From Candidatus Bathyarchaeota archaeon (GTDB taxonomy: Archaea > Thermoproteota > Bathyarchaeia > Bathyarchaeales > Bathycorpusculaceae): 64,000 nucleotides of DNA. The DNA is taken from the NCBI GenBank assembly GCA_963780185.1, contig CAWABA010000001.1, forward strand, positions 1 to 64,000, written 5' to 3'. Below, piece after piece: positions 55,798 to 64,000 of the stretch (positions are counted from its first letter, which is position 1; the number at the start of each line of letters is the position of its first letter). The position numbers and the translations under genes are program-made. The notes beneath the pieces were generated by a model, which saw only the letters and a list, made by a program, of their open reading frames with translations, searched no databases and was not told where the DNA came from.

Positions 55798-58608
55798 CTA
55801 AGCGACGGCGGCTGCTTTGGTTTTTTTCTTGGTTGCCTGCTCTGAAACGTCTTGGGTTTGGGCGGTTTGGTTTTTCTCAGCAATATTTGGTTGAACGCCG
55901 CAAATGCTGTCGGGGTCTTCGTTTTTTAGGTTCAATGTTCCTCTAGCGGTTCCGTCGCCGAGGTATTCGAATTTGAAACCCATTTTGCTCATAAGATCCA
56001 TCGCCCGCGCGTTATCAGGAAGCACTATAGCGTAAACCTCTTCCAACCCTTTCTCTTTGGCGATGTCAAGCACGTAATCCACCAGTTTGGTGCCTAGGCC
56101 TAAACCTTGAAATTGGTCGCGTACGATGAAGGCGACTTCCCCGTTTTTCCCGTCGGATTCTATGCTTACGCGGGCGACGCCGAGGATTTTTCTTTGTGGA
56201 CTTTTCACAAGTTCGGCGACTATAGCTATTTCACGGTCGTAGTCTATGTTGCAGTAGCGCACAACTACTTCATGCGGTGTGTCTCTTAGTATCTCAAAGA
56301 ATCTGTAACGTATAGATTCCTCAGAGAACCCTCGGAACATGTCTAGCCACAGCGGTTCATCTTCAGGTTTTATGGGTCTAAGCAGCACTTCTTCCCCGCC
56401 TTTAAGAGACCAGATCGTCTCGTATTTTTTCGGGTACGGGCTAATCAGCATGTGCTCGTGCGGGTCAAATTTTTTGCAGACTGAATCTTTGTTGATGGCG
56501 ATGTGTGCGTCAAGGATGTAGGCTTCTTTCTCGCTTACCAGCAGCGGATTGATGCTGATTTCTTTTATCTGCGGAAAATCCACAAGCAGCTTGGAGAAGA
56601 GAAGCAGAGTTTCAATGACTTTTTTGATTTCAACGGGCGGCGTGTTGCCGTATCCTTTGAGAAGCTTGTAAACCTTGGTTTCTTCCATCATGCGGCGGAC
56701 AAGCGTGATGTTCAGCGGAGGCAGCCCGATGGAGTAATCCTTGAAGAGGTCTAAGCCTGCACCCGACATGCCGAACAAGATTACGGGTCCAAAAACCGGG
56801 TCGGATTTGCCTCCGATTATTAGTTCGTACCCTTTTTCCTCAATCATGTGTTGAATCATAACGCCGATTATCTGCGCGTTAGGCTTGTACGCCAATGCCC
56901 TTTGAATAAGGCTCTGGTAGGCTTCCCGAACCTCCCCCGGCGAATTCACGTTCAAAACAACTCCGCCCGCGGCTCTCTTGCTGGGAATTTGAGGCGAAAG
57001 AATCTTCAACACCACCGGGAACCCGAGTTCCTGCGCGGATGTAACGGCTTCGTCGGCGTTGTGGGCAACTAGGTCTTTTAGGATTGGGAAATTGTAGTAT
57101 TTGAGTATGCTTTTGGCTTCTTCTTCAGTGAGTATGTCTCGGTTTTCGAAAGCGGCGTTTCTAATTATCGCCATAACGGGACGTTTAGGTGGGGAAGCAT
57201 CAAGAGGTAGCTCTTCAGGTGTTTCATAGAGCAACTCGAGGTTTCGTTGGTAATTGTACATGTACATGTAGGTTTTTGTTGCTTGGTCAGGTGTCGAATA
57301 TGTTGGGATGTCGTTGGCGCTGAAGATTTTGTTGGCATGCATCACCGCGTCAAAACCCATGAAAGACGTCAAGATGGTTTTGTTCTTGTACGGCCTGCTG
57401 TTTATGAGGTCAACTATGGCTTGTGCTATTTCAACGGGTTCCGAACCAGCTTGCTGCGTAAAAATAATCAGTATCCCATCTACTGTTTCGTCGTCAAGGC
57501 ATGCTCCAACCGCAGCCCTGTAATAATCCGCTTTGGCATCCCCGACCACGTCGATGGGGTTGCCTTTGCTCCAGAAAGAAGGCAAAACACTGTCAAGCAC
57601 CTCCATGGTTTTATCGCTGAGCTTCGCCAGTTTCCCGCCTCGCGCAATCAAAGCGTCAGTAGCCATTACTCCAGCACCGCCTGCGTTGGTTATTATGGCA
57701 AGTCTTGACCCTTTCGGCAACGGTTGAGTCCCTAAAACCTGGGCAGCATTAAACAAGTCGTTTATTTCTTGGACGCGAACTATACCTGCACGTTTGAAGG
57801 CGGCGTCGTAGATGTCGTCTTCCCCTGCAACTGAGCCTGTGTGGGATGCAGCTGCTCTAGCGCTTTCGGGGTATTTGCCTGCTTTCACCACGATTATGGG
57901 TTTGGTTCTTGAAAAGTGTCTGGCGGCGCTCATGAATTTTCGGGCATCCGTTATCCCTTCGATATACATTATTATGCTCTTGGTTTTCGGGTCAGAACCA
58001 AAATAATCTATTAAATCTCCGAAGTCAACGTCAACCATTGAGCCGACAGAGGCAAAGTTGCTTAACCCGATGTTTTCATGGATTGCCCAATCAAGAATCG
58101 CTGAACCCAACGCGCCGCTCTGAGAGATGAACGCGATGTTGCCTGGCTTAGGCATCCTATCCAAAAAAGAAGCGTTAAGATTTATTCGTGGGCGGATTAC
58201 GCCGATGCAGTTGGGACCAATAACTCGGATGTCATATTTTTTTGCGGTTTCAGCAATCGCTTTCTCTAAGGCTTTTCCTTCAGGGCCCGTTTCTTTGAAT
58301 CCTGCGGAGACGATGATGACGCCTTTCACCTGCGCCTTCCCGCATTGTTCCATTACTTCCTGGACGGTTTTGGCAGGCGTCGCGATGATGGCTAAATCGA
58401 TAGGTTCAGAAATTTGGTCGACTGACTTGAAGGTTTTAACTCCGAAAATCTCGGGTTTTCGAATGTTCACAAAATAATATTTGCCCTCGTAACCCAACTG
58501 ACTAAAATTTTTAGCTAATAAGGACCCTACTGAGCCTTCAACGTCGCTGGCTCCTATTACGGCGACGCTTTGCGGGTTGAAAATCTTGTCGAGATTTTTA
58601 GTGACCAT
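55798..58608 (-). CDS. Pat-type protein: NDP-forming acyl-CoA synthetase domains plus C-terminal GNAT (protein lysine acetyltransferase)
   Basis: SVAVIGAS, IGPNCIG, SQSGALG, ASHTG, NPIDVVGDA, FPVVLKI, DPVFGPVILFG; GNAT LRPIKPEDE, YCNIDYDRE, QGLGLGTKL. Confidence 0.88.
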   Translation of the reverse strand: MVTKNLDKIFNPQSVAVIGASDVEGSVGSLLAKNFSQLGYEGKYYFVNIRKPEIFGVKTFKSVDQISEPIDLAIIATPAKTVQEVMEQCGKAQVKGVIIVSAGFKETGPEGKALEKAIAETAKKYDIRVIGPNCIGVIRPRINLNASFLDRMPKPGNIAFISQSGALGSAILDWAIHENIGLSNFASVGSMVDVDFGDLIDYFGSDPKTKSIIMYIEGITDARKFMSAARHFSRTKPIIVVKAGKYPESARAAASHTGSVAGEDDIYDAAFKRAGIVRVQEINDLFNAAQVLGTQPLPKGSRLAIITNAGGAGVMATDALIARGGKLAKLSDKTMEVLDSVLPSFWSKGNPIDVVGDAKADYYRAAVGACLDDETVDGILIIFTQQAGSEPVEIAQAIVDLINSRPYKNKTILTSFMGFDAVMHANKIFSANDIPTYSTPDQATKTYMYMYNYQRNLELLYETPEELPLDASPPKRPVMAIIRNAAFENRDILTEEEAKSILKYYNFPILKDLVAHNADEAVTSAQELGFPVVLKILSPQIPSKRAAGGVVLNVNSPGEVREAYQSLIQRALAYKPNAQIIGVMIQHMIEEKGYELIIGGKSDPVFGPVILFGMSGAGLDLFKDYSIGLPPLNITLVRRMMEETKVYKLLKGYGNTPPVEIKKVIETLLLFSKLLVDFPQIKEISINPLLVSEKEAYILDAHIAINKDSVCKKFDPHEHMLISPYPKKYETIWSLKGGEEVLLRPIKPEDEPLWLDMFRGFSEESIRYRFFEILRDTPHEVVVRYCNIDYDREIAIVAELVKSPQRKILGVARVSIESDGKNGEVAFIVRDQFQGLGLGTKLVDYVLDIAKEKGLEEVYAIVLPDNARAMDLMSKMGFKFEYLGDGTARGTLNLKNEDPDSICGVQPNIAEKNQTAQTQDVSEQATKKKTKAAAVA

Positions 58609-58771
58609 TCCGATTTAGCCCCTGAATATGTCCAGTGAATACTCTAAATTAAACTAGTCTACCGCAATATTTGATTATTATGAATCCAAAATTAAAAAAC
58701 TGACGCTAAGACGGCTCTTTGCGCGGAAAAGAACGCTTGTTTTTTAGATTGGACAAAAAAATAAAAGAAAA

Positions 58772-59752
58772 TTAGATGGGGTAAGCTCCGCAAACTTTGC
58801 AGAACTGTATTTTGGTTTTGATGTGGCTCTTGCATTTTGGACATTGGATGCCGCCGTTGTCTGGGAAGACGTCTTTGGGTTTGCCGAATTTTTTGCGGAA
58901 GACTTCGTAGTAGAGTAGCTGTTCTTTGTCTTGGATTTCAACGTCGTCTGCTGCTTTGATTGCTGCCTTCTTCTCCGCAAATTCCTTTTCGGTAATCATG
59001 TCGTTGAAGTAGGTTCTCAGCGTTTCTGTTCCTGTTCCTGCTTCAAGAGGCGCTTTAGGTCTCCAGATGACATCCATAGGAATCACGTCTTCGTAGGCTT
59101 TGCGCAGAATCCACTTGCTATATTTTACGCCGTTATACATGTTGATTTTGTATTTGATCGGTAGCTTCATTGCCCATTTCATGAATTCTGGGTCACGGTA
59201 AGGTGCCTTGATTTCCATTCCAAGAGATTCAGCCATGGGATCAGAGGAGAAACCCATTTCCGCCCACATTTCTTCTTGTTTCTTTGCAAACTCCGCTTCT
59301 GACAGGTGGAATTGCCATGGGTAGCCGAAGAGTTCGTCTAGCGCGTCGCCGGTGAATGCTGTTTTGTATCCTTTTGGCTTTAGCAGGGTTAAGCCGATGT
59401 AGACTGGTAGGCTGTTTCTGATTTCCATTGGATCGTATTTTTTGAGTGCTTCGACGACTTTGGGGTAATATTTCATTACGTCTTCTTTGCCGAACTGGTA
59501 GGTCTCTTGTTTTAGGTGTAAGAGCTCAACCATTCGTTTGACGTATTCGGTGTCTTTGGGTTGTCCGTGTTTAAAGGCTAAGGTGAGGCATGGGATGTCG
59601 GGTTTGTATTTTACTGCTTCATAAGCGATTATTTGGGTGTCGGTTCCCGCCGAAAACAAGAAACTGTCCGCCATGTTGTTTTTGACGACTTTGTTTACAA
59701 GCTTTCTGATTTGTGGTAGGAGTTTGTTAACTTCTGAAGGGTCTAGTGCCAT
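58772..59752 (-). CDS. asparagine-synthase C-terminal (N-type ATP pyrophosphatase) domain protein with C-terminal zinc ribbon, no glutaminase domain
   Basis: FSAGTDT (SGGxDS variant), TGDALDELFGY, APYRD, KWILRKA, WRPKAPL; CPKC...FCKVCG. Confidence 0.75.
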   Translation of the reverse strand: MALDPSEVNKLLPQIRKLVNKVVKNNMADSFLFSAGTDTQIIAYEAVKYKPDIPCLTLAFKHGQPKDTEYVKRMVELLHLKQETYQFGKEDVMKYYPKVVEALKKYDPMEIRNSLPVYIGLTLLKPKGYKTAFTGDALDELFGYPWQFHLSEAEFAKKQEEMWAEMGFSSDPMAESLGMEIKAPYRDPEFMKWAMKLPIKYKINMYNGVKYSKWILRKAYEDVIPMDVIWRPKAPLEAGTGTETLRTYFNDMITEKEFAEKKAAIKAADDVEIQDKEQLLYYEVFRKKFGKPKDVFPDNGGIQCPKCKSHIKTKIQFCKVCGAYPI

Positions 59753-59975
59753 ATCTTTCCCTCGCAATTATACCATGCTTGTCATTCCACGGATATTTAA
59801 GCTTACCGACTGCATACAAAAGCCGTGAAAACTTAAACATCTGTGTTGAAAGTGAACAAAATACTGAACAGTCGAGGTCTAACATGCATCAACATCATTT
59901 TGCCCGACAAAACATCACCTTTAAAAGTCAAAAATTGTCAGTCAATAGCTCAGCCCCAACACACAGAGGATCAAC

Positions 59976-60728
59976 GTGAAAGCAAGCATACTCCACATGG
60001 AAATACGCAACACCTTCCAAGCAAACCTAAGCGCAGCCAAAGCAGCAGTCGACAAAGCCTCAAAACAAAAACCAGCAATAATCGCGCTCCCAGAATACTT
60101 CACTGTCCCCAACTGCATGACAGACTTCACCGACGCACAAAAAATCTCCGAAGAAACCTGCGAAGAAACCCTCATTTTCCTGCAAAAAGAATCAAAACAA
60201 ATCGGCGACATCTACCTCCTCGGCGGCTCAGTTCTCCAAGAAGACAGTGGACAATACTACAACACAAGCACCCTGTGGAAGAGTGGCTCTCTTTTAGCTA
60301 AATACAAAAAAATAAACCCCATAAAAGCCGAAATCAACGCCGGCGTTGCCCGAGGCAGCCAACCCGTCGTAGTTGACACGGAAATCGGCAAAATTGGGCT
60401 GCTCGTTTGCGCTGACTCGTTTGACCCTGCCCTTGTCAAGCAGGTGGCGTCGATGGGTGCGGAAATCATTTCTCTTCCAGTTGCAGCAATGGGCACTCAT
60501 CCCGTGGTGAAGGGTCACCCGTTAACCGAGGGGATCGCGCGTACCTACGGCATGTTCTTGCTTAAGGTGGGAAACGTGTGTTCAAGCATGAGAGGCGGAA
60601 GAAGCGCAATCATCGCTCCATGGGGCATCCTAGGCGAAGTTACCGACGCGCCGAAAGACTCGATTTTAACCCGAGACCTCGACATGCAGCGGCTAAAAGA
60701 ATACCGCGCCAAACTCAGTAAAGCTTAG
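59976..60728 (+). CDS. carbon-nitrogen hydrolase (nitrilase family)
   Basis: E-K-C triad: ALPEY, YKKIN, LVCAD; G.SAIIAPWG. Confidence 0.88.
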   Translation: MKASILHMEIRNTFQANLSAAKAAVDKASKQKPAIIALPEYFTVPNCMTDFTDAQKISEETCEETLIFLQKESKQIGDIYLLGGSVLQEDSGQYYNTSTLWKSGSLLAKYKKINPIKAEINAGVARGSQPVVVDTEIGKIGLLVCADSFDPALVKQVASMGAEIISLPVAAMGTHPVVKGHPLTEGIARTYGMFLLKVGNVCSSMRGGRSAIIAPWGILGEVTDAPKDSILTRDLDMQRLKEYRAKLSKA

Positions 60729-61599
60729 CCCAACCGTCGACGATTCGGCTCATTTCCTTAAAATCATATTTCTCGAACCAATCCCGTAACTCACGGTTTT
60801 GAACAGCAAACCTGCAGACTTGCCTCGCGTTCTCAGAATCATGCACCAGCAGCAAAACAGCATCCAACTTGAGTTTGGAAATGTAAGCCACCGTTTTGAG
60901 TAAAACTTCAAGTTTTTCGTCTGTGGGCATTTCAGCACTTAACTCAACTACAACAGGCTTCTTCAAAGACGAAGCAAAATCCCTCGCCAGCATGATAGTC
61001 CAGTAATTAGTCAAGTAATCCCGCGATGAAAGCGGCACATGAAAATACTCAACCAACCCCGCAATAGCATCCAAATCCAAGCCGTACCGTTCTTTAGCAA
61101 GCACTGGGTCTGGGTAAATTTCCACTGCGAAAGTTCCCTTCACCAGTTCTTTGGCTTCTTGCAGAAAATTTGTAATTGTTTGGGCTCTCCACTGCGTCCA
61201 ATTTAAGCCGCTTTGCCTCCACAGCTCAACGCATCGGGGGCAGACACAGTATTCTTGGTTGGGGAAATGGTAAAGATTCAACGTGACGCCCAAAATGTTT
61301 TCTTTGCTTAGGCTTTCAATGTAATTCATCGCTTTAGCCCTGTAAGCTGGATGGGTAGGGCAAACAAAATCAAACGCCAAGTTTGAACGCCTGTTTCTGC
61401 GTAGTGCTGGACCAGTGTTTGACATGGCAACTAAGGTTGGGTCTTCACGTATCGCTTTAGCGTCACAAAAAACCGTAACATCGTTCTGCATGCCCTTCGC
61501 GGCTGGGAAACATTGTCCATCCGCCCATTTTGAGTAGTAAACGTGAATGTCGTAGCCCTCGACTTTCTCGGGCTTGTACGTAACTAAGCCTATCTGCAT
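60715..61599 (-). CDS. hypothetical protein, probable TIM-barrel with Cys cluster
   Basis: FVCPTHPAYR, YCVCPRC, WRAQTITNF, RYGLD pattern; paralog begins at 63819. Confidence 0.6.
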   Translation of the reverse strand: MQIGLVTYKPEKVEGYDIHVYYSKWADGQCFPAAKGMQNDVTVFCDAKAIREDPTLVAMSNTGPALRRNRRSNLAFDFVCPTHPAYRAKAMNYIESLSKENILGVTLNLYHFPNQEYCVCPRCVELWRQSGLNWTQWRAQTITNFLQEAKELVKGTFAVEIYPDPVLAKERYGLDLDAIAGLVEYFHVPLSSRDYLTNYWTIMLARDFASSLKKPVVVELSAEMPTDEKLEVLLKTVAYISKLKLDAVLLLVHDSENARQVCRFAVQNRELRDWFEKYDFKEMSRIVDGWAKLY

Positions 61600-61660
61600 A
61601 CTTCTCTATTTGATGCACGCAAACAATATATTCTTGGCGCTTTCTTAAATCTTGATTCAA

Positions 61661-61870
61661 ATGGGCAAACTCCAGAAACAGGCTATTCTCATTGATACCG
61701 CTAAATGCACACCTTGCGCAGGGCTCATTTGCGTCGGCGTTTGCCCTCAGGGCGTTTTCGAAGAAGGCAAAAATAGGAAGCCGCAGATTGTTGATGTTGT
61801 CGAATGCACCAAATGTGGTGTCTGCGTGAATCTTTGCCCAGCAAAAGCCATTACTATAAGCAAACCCTAA
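61661..61870 (+). CDS. 4Fe-4S dicluster ferredoxin
   Basis: CTPCAGLICVGVCP and CTKCGVCVNLCP. Confidence 0.88.
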   Translation: MGKLQKQAILIDTAKCTPCAGLICVGVCPQGVFEEGKNRKPQIVDVVECTKCGVCVNLCPAKAITISKP

Positions 61871-61895
61871 CAGGTGGTTAAGGCGGCGGGCTTGC

Positions 61896-62936
61896 ATGGA
61901 ACAGTTTAACCTTGCAGACAATGTGAGGCTTGTCATCAAAGAAAATGTACTAGCCGTAATTTGTGATAGTCCTTTAAAGACAGTTAGTTCAGCATTCTAT
62001 CAAGGCGGGCATAACCAGCTTAAAGCTGTCCTCAATGTAGGGGTGCCGGACGGATACAATGACCGCTCCTTGCACCTTGACCCGCTGGAACTAATCACCT
62101 CATCCGCAGCCAAACTTGGCTTAACCAAAGATTACCTTGCCATGGTCACAGCCGCCAAAATCCAAAACTACAGCCTCGTCACCAAAAAACTCGAAGACTT
62201 CTCAGTAAGCGTCGCAGCAACGGCGGGCTGCAAACACGGAGAATCCTCCGGAGAAGAAATGAACGTGGCGGAAATCGGCGGAGGCACCATAAACGTCATC
62301 GTCTTCATCGATGCTGACCCGTCAGATAGCTGCATGGTAGCATCCGTCATCACCGCAACCGAGGCAAAATCCGCAGTTCTCCGAGACTTCGATATCCGCA
62401 GCTTCTACACTGGCGACTCCGCAACAGGGTCAATAACCGACAGCGTCTCAGTGGTCACAAACGGCAAAGGCAAAGCAATCAACTACGCTGGTCCCGCATC
62501 GAAGCTAGGCAAAGCCGTTGGGTATTGCACCCGAAAAGCCGTTGCGGAAGCCCTCGTCAAGCAGGAGCCGTTTTGGGCAAGCCGAACAGTGCTGGACAGG
62601 CTCAAGGAGAGGCATCTTCCGCTGGAAAAGCTTGCGGCTGAAGTATCCAAAATCGAAGGCTTAAAGGTTGACGCCTCGGGTTTGGCTGAATTTCTAAAGA
62701 ATAACCCAGTTAGCCTCGCTTACCTGTTAGCTGCTGCAAAGATGGATGACGACGTAAAAAAGAACCTGTTGCCAGCGGAACTTGGCGATGCGGTTGAGCT
62801 GAGCAAATGCTTCGGCAACCCAGACTGTATCGCGGCTGATTGCTCTAAACTGCCTCGTTACGAGGAAGTTGATTTGCCTCCCTTCCTAAAACAAGCGTTA
62901 ATCAGAATCGTCAAGGCGGCTCTTATCAAGCATTAG
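61896..62936 (+). CDS. cbiZ: adenosylcobinamide amidohydrolase with C-terminal extension
   Basis: SSAFYQGG, MVTAA, ATAG, GTINVIV, TATEAKS.VL, ATGSITD, GPASKLG. Confidence 0.8.
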   Translation: MEQFNLADNVRLVIKENVLAVICDSPLKTVSSAFYQGGHNQLKAVLNVGVPDGYNDRSLHLDPLELITSSAAKLGLTKDYLAMVTAAKIQNYSLVTKKLEDFSVSVAATAGCKHGESSGEEMNVAEIGGGTINVIVFIDADPSDSCMVASVITATEAKSAVLRDFDIRSFYTGDSATGSITDSVSVVTNGKGKAINYAGPASKLGKAVGYCTRKAVAEALVKQEPFWASRTVLDRLKERHLPLEKLAAEVSKIEGLKVDASGLAEFLKNNPVSLAYLLAAAKMDDDVKKNLLPAELGDAVELSKCFGNPDCIAADCSKLPRYEEVDLPPFLKQALIRIVKAALIKH

Positions 62937-63041
62937 TTGATCCAATGTTGAGATTAGTTTGCGGTACTATTCCACAATAGTACATTCCCTTACAAATAGT
63001 AATAAAAACGGGTAGGCAAATACGTCTGAAGGGAACCCAGC

Positions 63042-63734
63042 TTGAATTTGCGCAAAGCCTCGCTCGCATTAACATTGGCGTTCGTTATTGCTTTTTCATG
63101 CGTAGCTCTGATTCAACTGGAAAAACACAACTCATCAAGTTTCAAACTGAATGCCCCTTTCAACTCTAAATTCCCTGGGCAGGGTCATTCTGAATCAGTT
63201 TTCGCCGCGACCAGTTACGTATCCAGTCAAGGCGCCCTCGAAGACAAAGCCAAAGAATCGCCTCTCCCACTAATCAACAATTCAACACGTGCTGAAGTGT
63301 ACGACTTCATTGACACAAACCCAGGCATCCAGTTTAGGGGCATATGCGCGGGACTAAACATAGCAATAGGGACTGCCGAGTTTCATTTAGGTGTCCTCAA
63401 AAAAGCTGGTTTAATCTCGTTTATTCGTGACGGGAAATATAAACGGTTTTTCGTAACGAAAAAATTCTCGCTGAAGGAAATGGAGTTTATTTCTCTTCTA
63501 AGACATGAAACTCCGAGAAAGATTCTTGAGCGAATTAACGCCGAGACCGCAATTTCTCACTGCAAATTGGCCTCGCAGTTGTCAATTACTTCGCAGGGGC
63601 TAACTTGGCAGATGAATAGGCTAAGAGAAGACGGAATCATCAACGGAAGAATCGATGGGGTAAAAGTCACGTATACCTTAAATGAGGCGTGCCTCCCGAT
63701 GTTAGCCAACCTCCTCTCTCTGACACGGGAATGA
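63042..63734 (+). CDS. tandem wHTH transcriptional regulator with N-terminal hydrophobic segment (COG3398-like)
   Basis: R..VYDFI..NPGIQFR.I...L....GT..FHL.VL; second HTH (LTWQMNRL..DGII). Confidence 0.75.
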   Translation: MNLRKASLALTLAFVIAFSCVALIQLEKHNSSSFKLNAPFNSKFPGQGHSESVFAATSYVSSQGALEDKAKESPLPLINNSTRAEVYDFIDTNPGIQFRGICAGLNIAIGTAEFHLGVLKKAGLISFIRDGKYKRFFVTKKFSLKEMEFISLLRHETPRKILERINAETAISHCKLASQLSITSQGLTWQMNRLREDGIINGRIDGVKVTYTLNEACLPMLANLLSLTRE

Positions 63735-63818
63735 TTCGCAGCCCTTTGTTGAAAAGACTTAAATAACTTGCGAATTTTATTCGGTAGGTAAAACAAAAGT
63801 TACAATGGTGTATCGAAC

Positions 63819-64000
63819 TTGAAATTTGGCGTATTTCTCTATCAACCCGAGCCTGTTGAAGGCGTCGACTACAACTTTTACCGACTAAAATCCGAATCAG
63901 GAATCGTCGGAAAACCAAACCCTGAAATGTACACTAACATCGCATGCTTCGGCGACAACTTTATGGCTGCAAAAAAGCCAGACTGGGTCTCCGTAAGCTC
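63819..64000 (+). CDS. hypothetical protein, 5' part (paralog of 60715-61599), truncated by window edge
   Basis: MKFGVFLYQPEPVEGVDYNFYRLKSESG...NIACFGD...PDWVSVS aligns with MQIGLVTYKPEKVEGYDIHVYYSKWADG...DVTVFCD...PTLVAMS. Confidence 0.6.
   Translation, partial: MKFGVFLYQPEPVEGVDYNFYRLKSESGIVGKPNPEMYTNIACFGDNFMAAKKPDWVSVS

Noticed and set aside
759-63918. Numerous short antisense or alternate-frame ORFs in the track
   Set aside because: They are shadows of well-supported genes and have no independent motifs.

Overview
Archaeal window, most consistent with Bathyarchaeia (inferred from Ftr, a GPN-loop GTPase, an AbrB-PhoU regulator, a PEF-CTERM protein and the SD/TTG start usage). It has four blocks. 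(1) 0.6-11 kb: a purine cluster, purF-purD-HAD-ftr-pfkB converging on purM, purS-purL-purQ. It covers steps 1, 2, 4 and 5 but has no purN/purT; a formylmethanofuran:H4MPT formyltransferase homolog sits in the step-3 gap. (2) 11.5-14.3 kb: tRNA-Gly(CCC) flanked by a degenerate 5' copy and a 62-bp 3' copy, which bound two small integrase-less islets. (3) 14.9-42.3 kb: a ~27-kb phosphate island with ppk2, ppx, a CHAD-metallophosphoesterase-HD fusion, ppk1, CYTH, pstA/pstC/pstS, phoU and pstB. PstS carries a C-terminal dockerin and is followed by an array of secreted cohesin, dockerin and Ig-fold proteins, some membrane-anchored. This looks like a cellulosome-like, phosphate-scavenging surface assembly and is the strongest candidate for a new system. 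(4) 43-64 kb: housekeeping and accessory genes (GPN GTPase, ridA, bacterial-type metK, cinA-like, surface proteins with an ECF S-like gene, satP-acs-pat, Asn-synthase-like/nitrilase pair, ferredoxin, cbiZ). Several single-base frameshifts between 36 and 53 kb may be assembly errors. All family calls come from motif recognition by eye; no searches were run.
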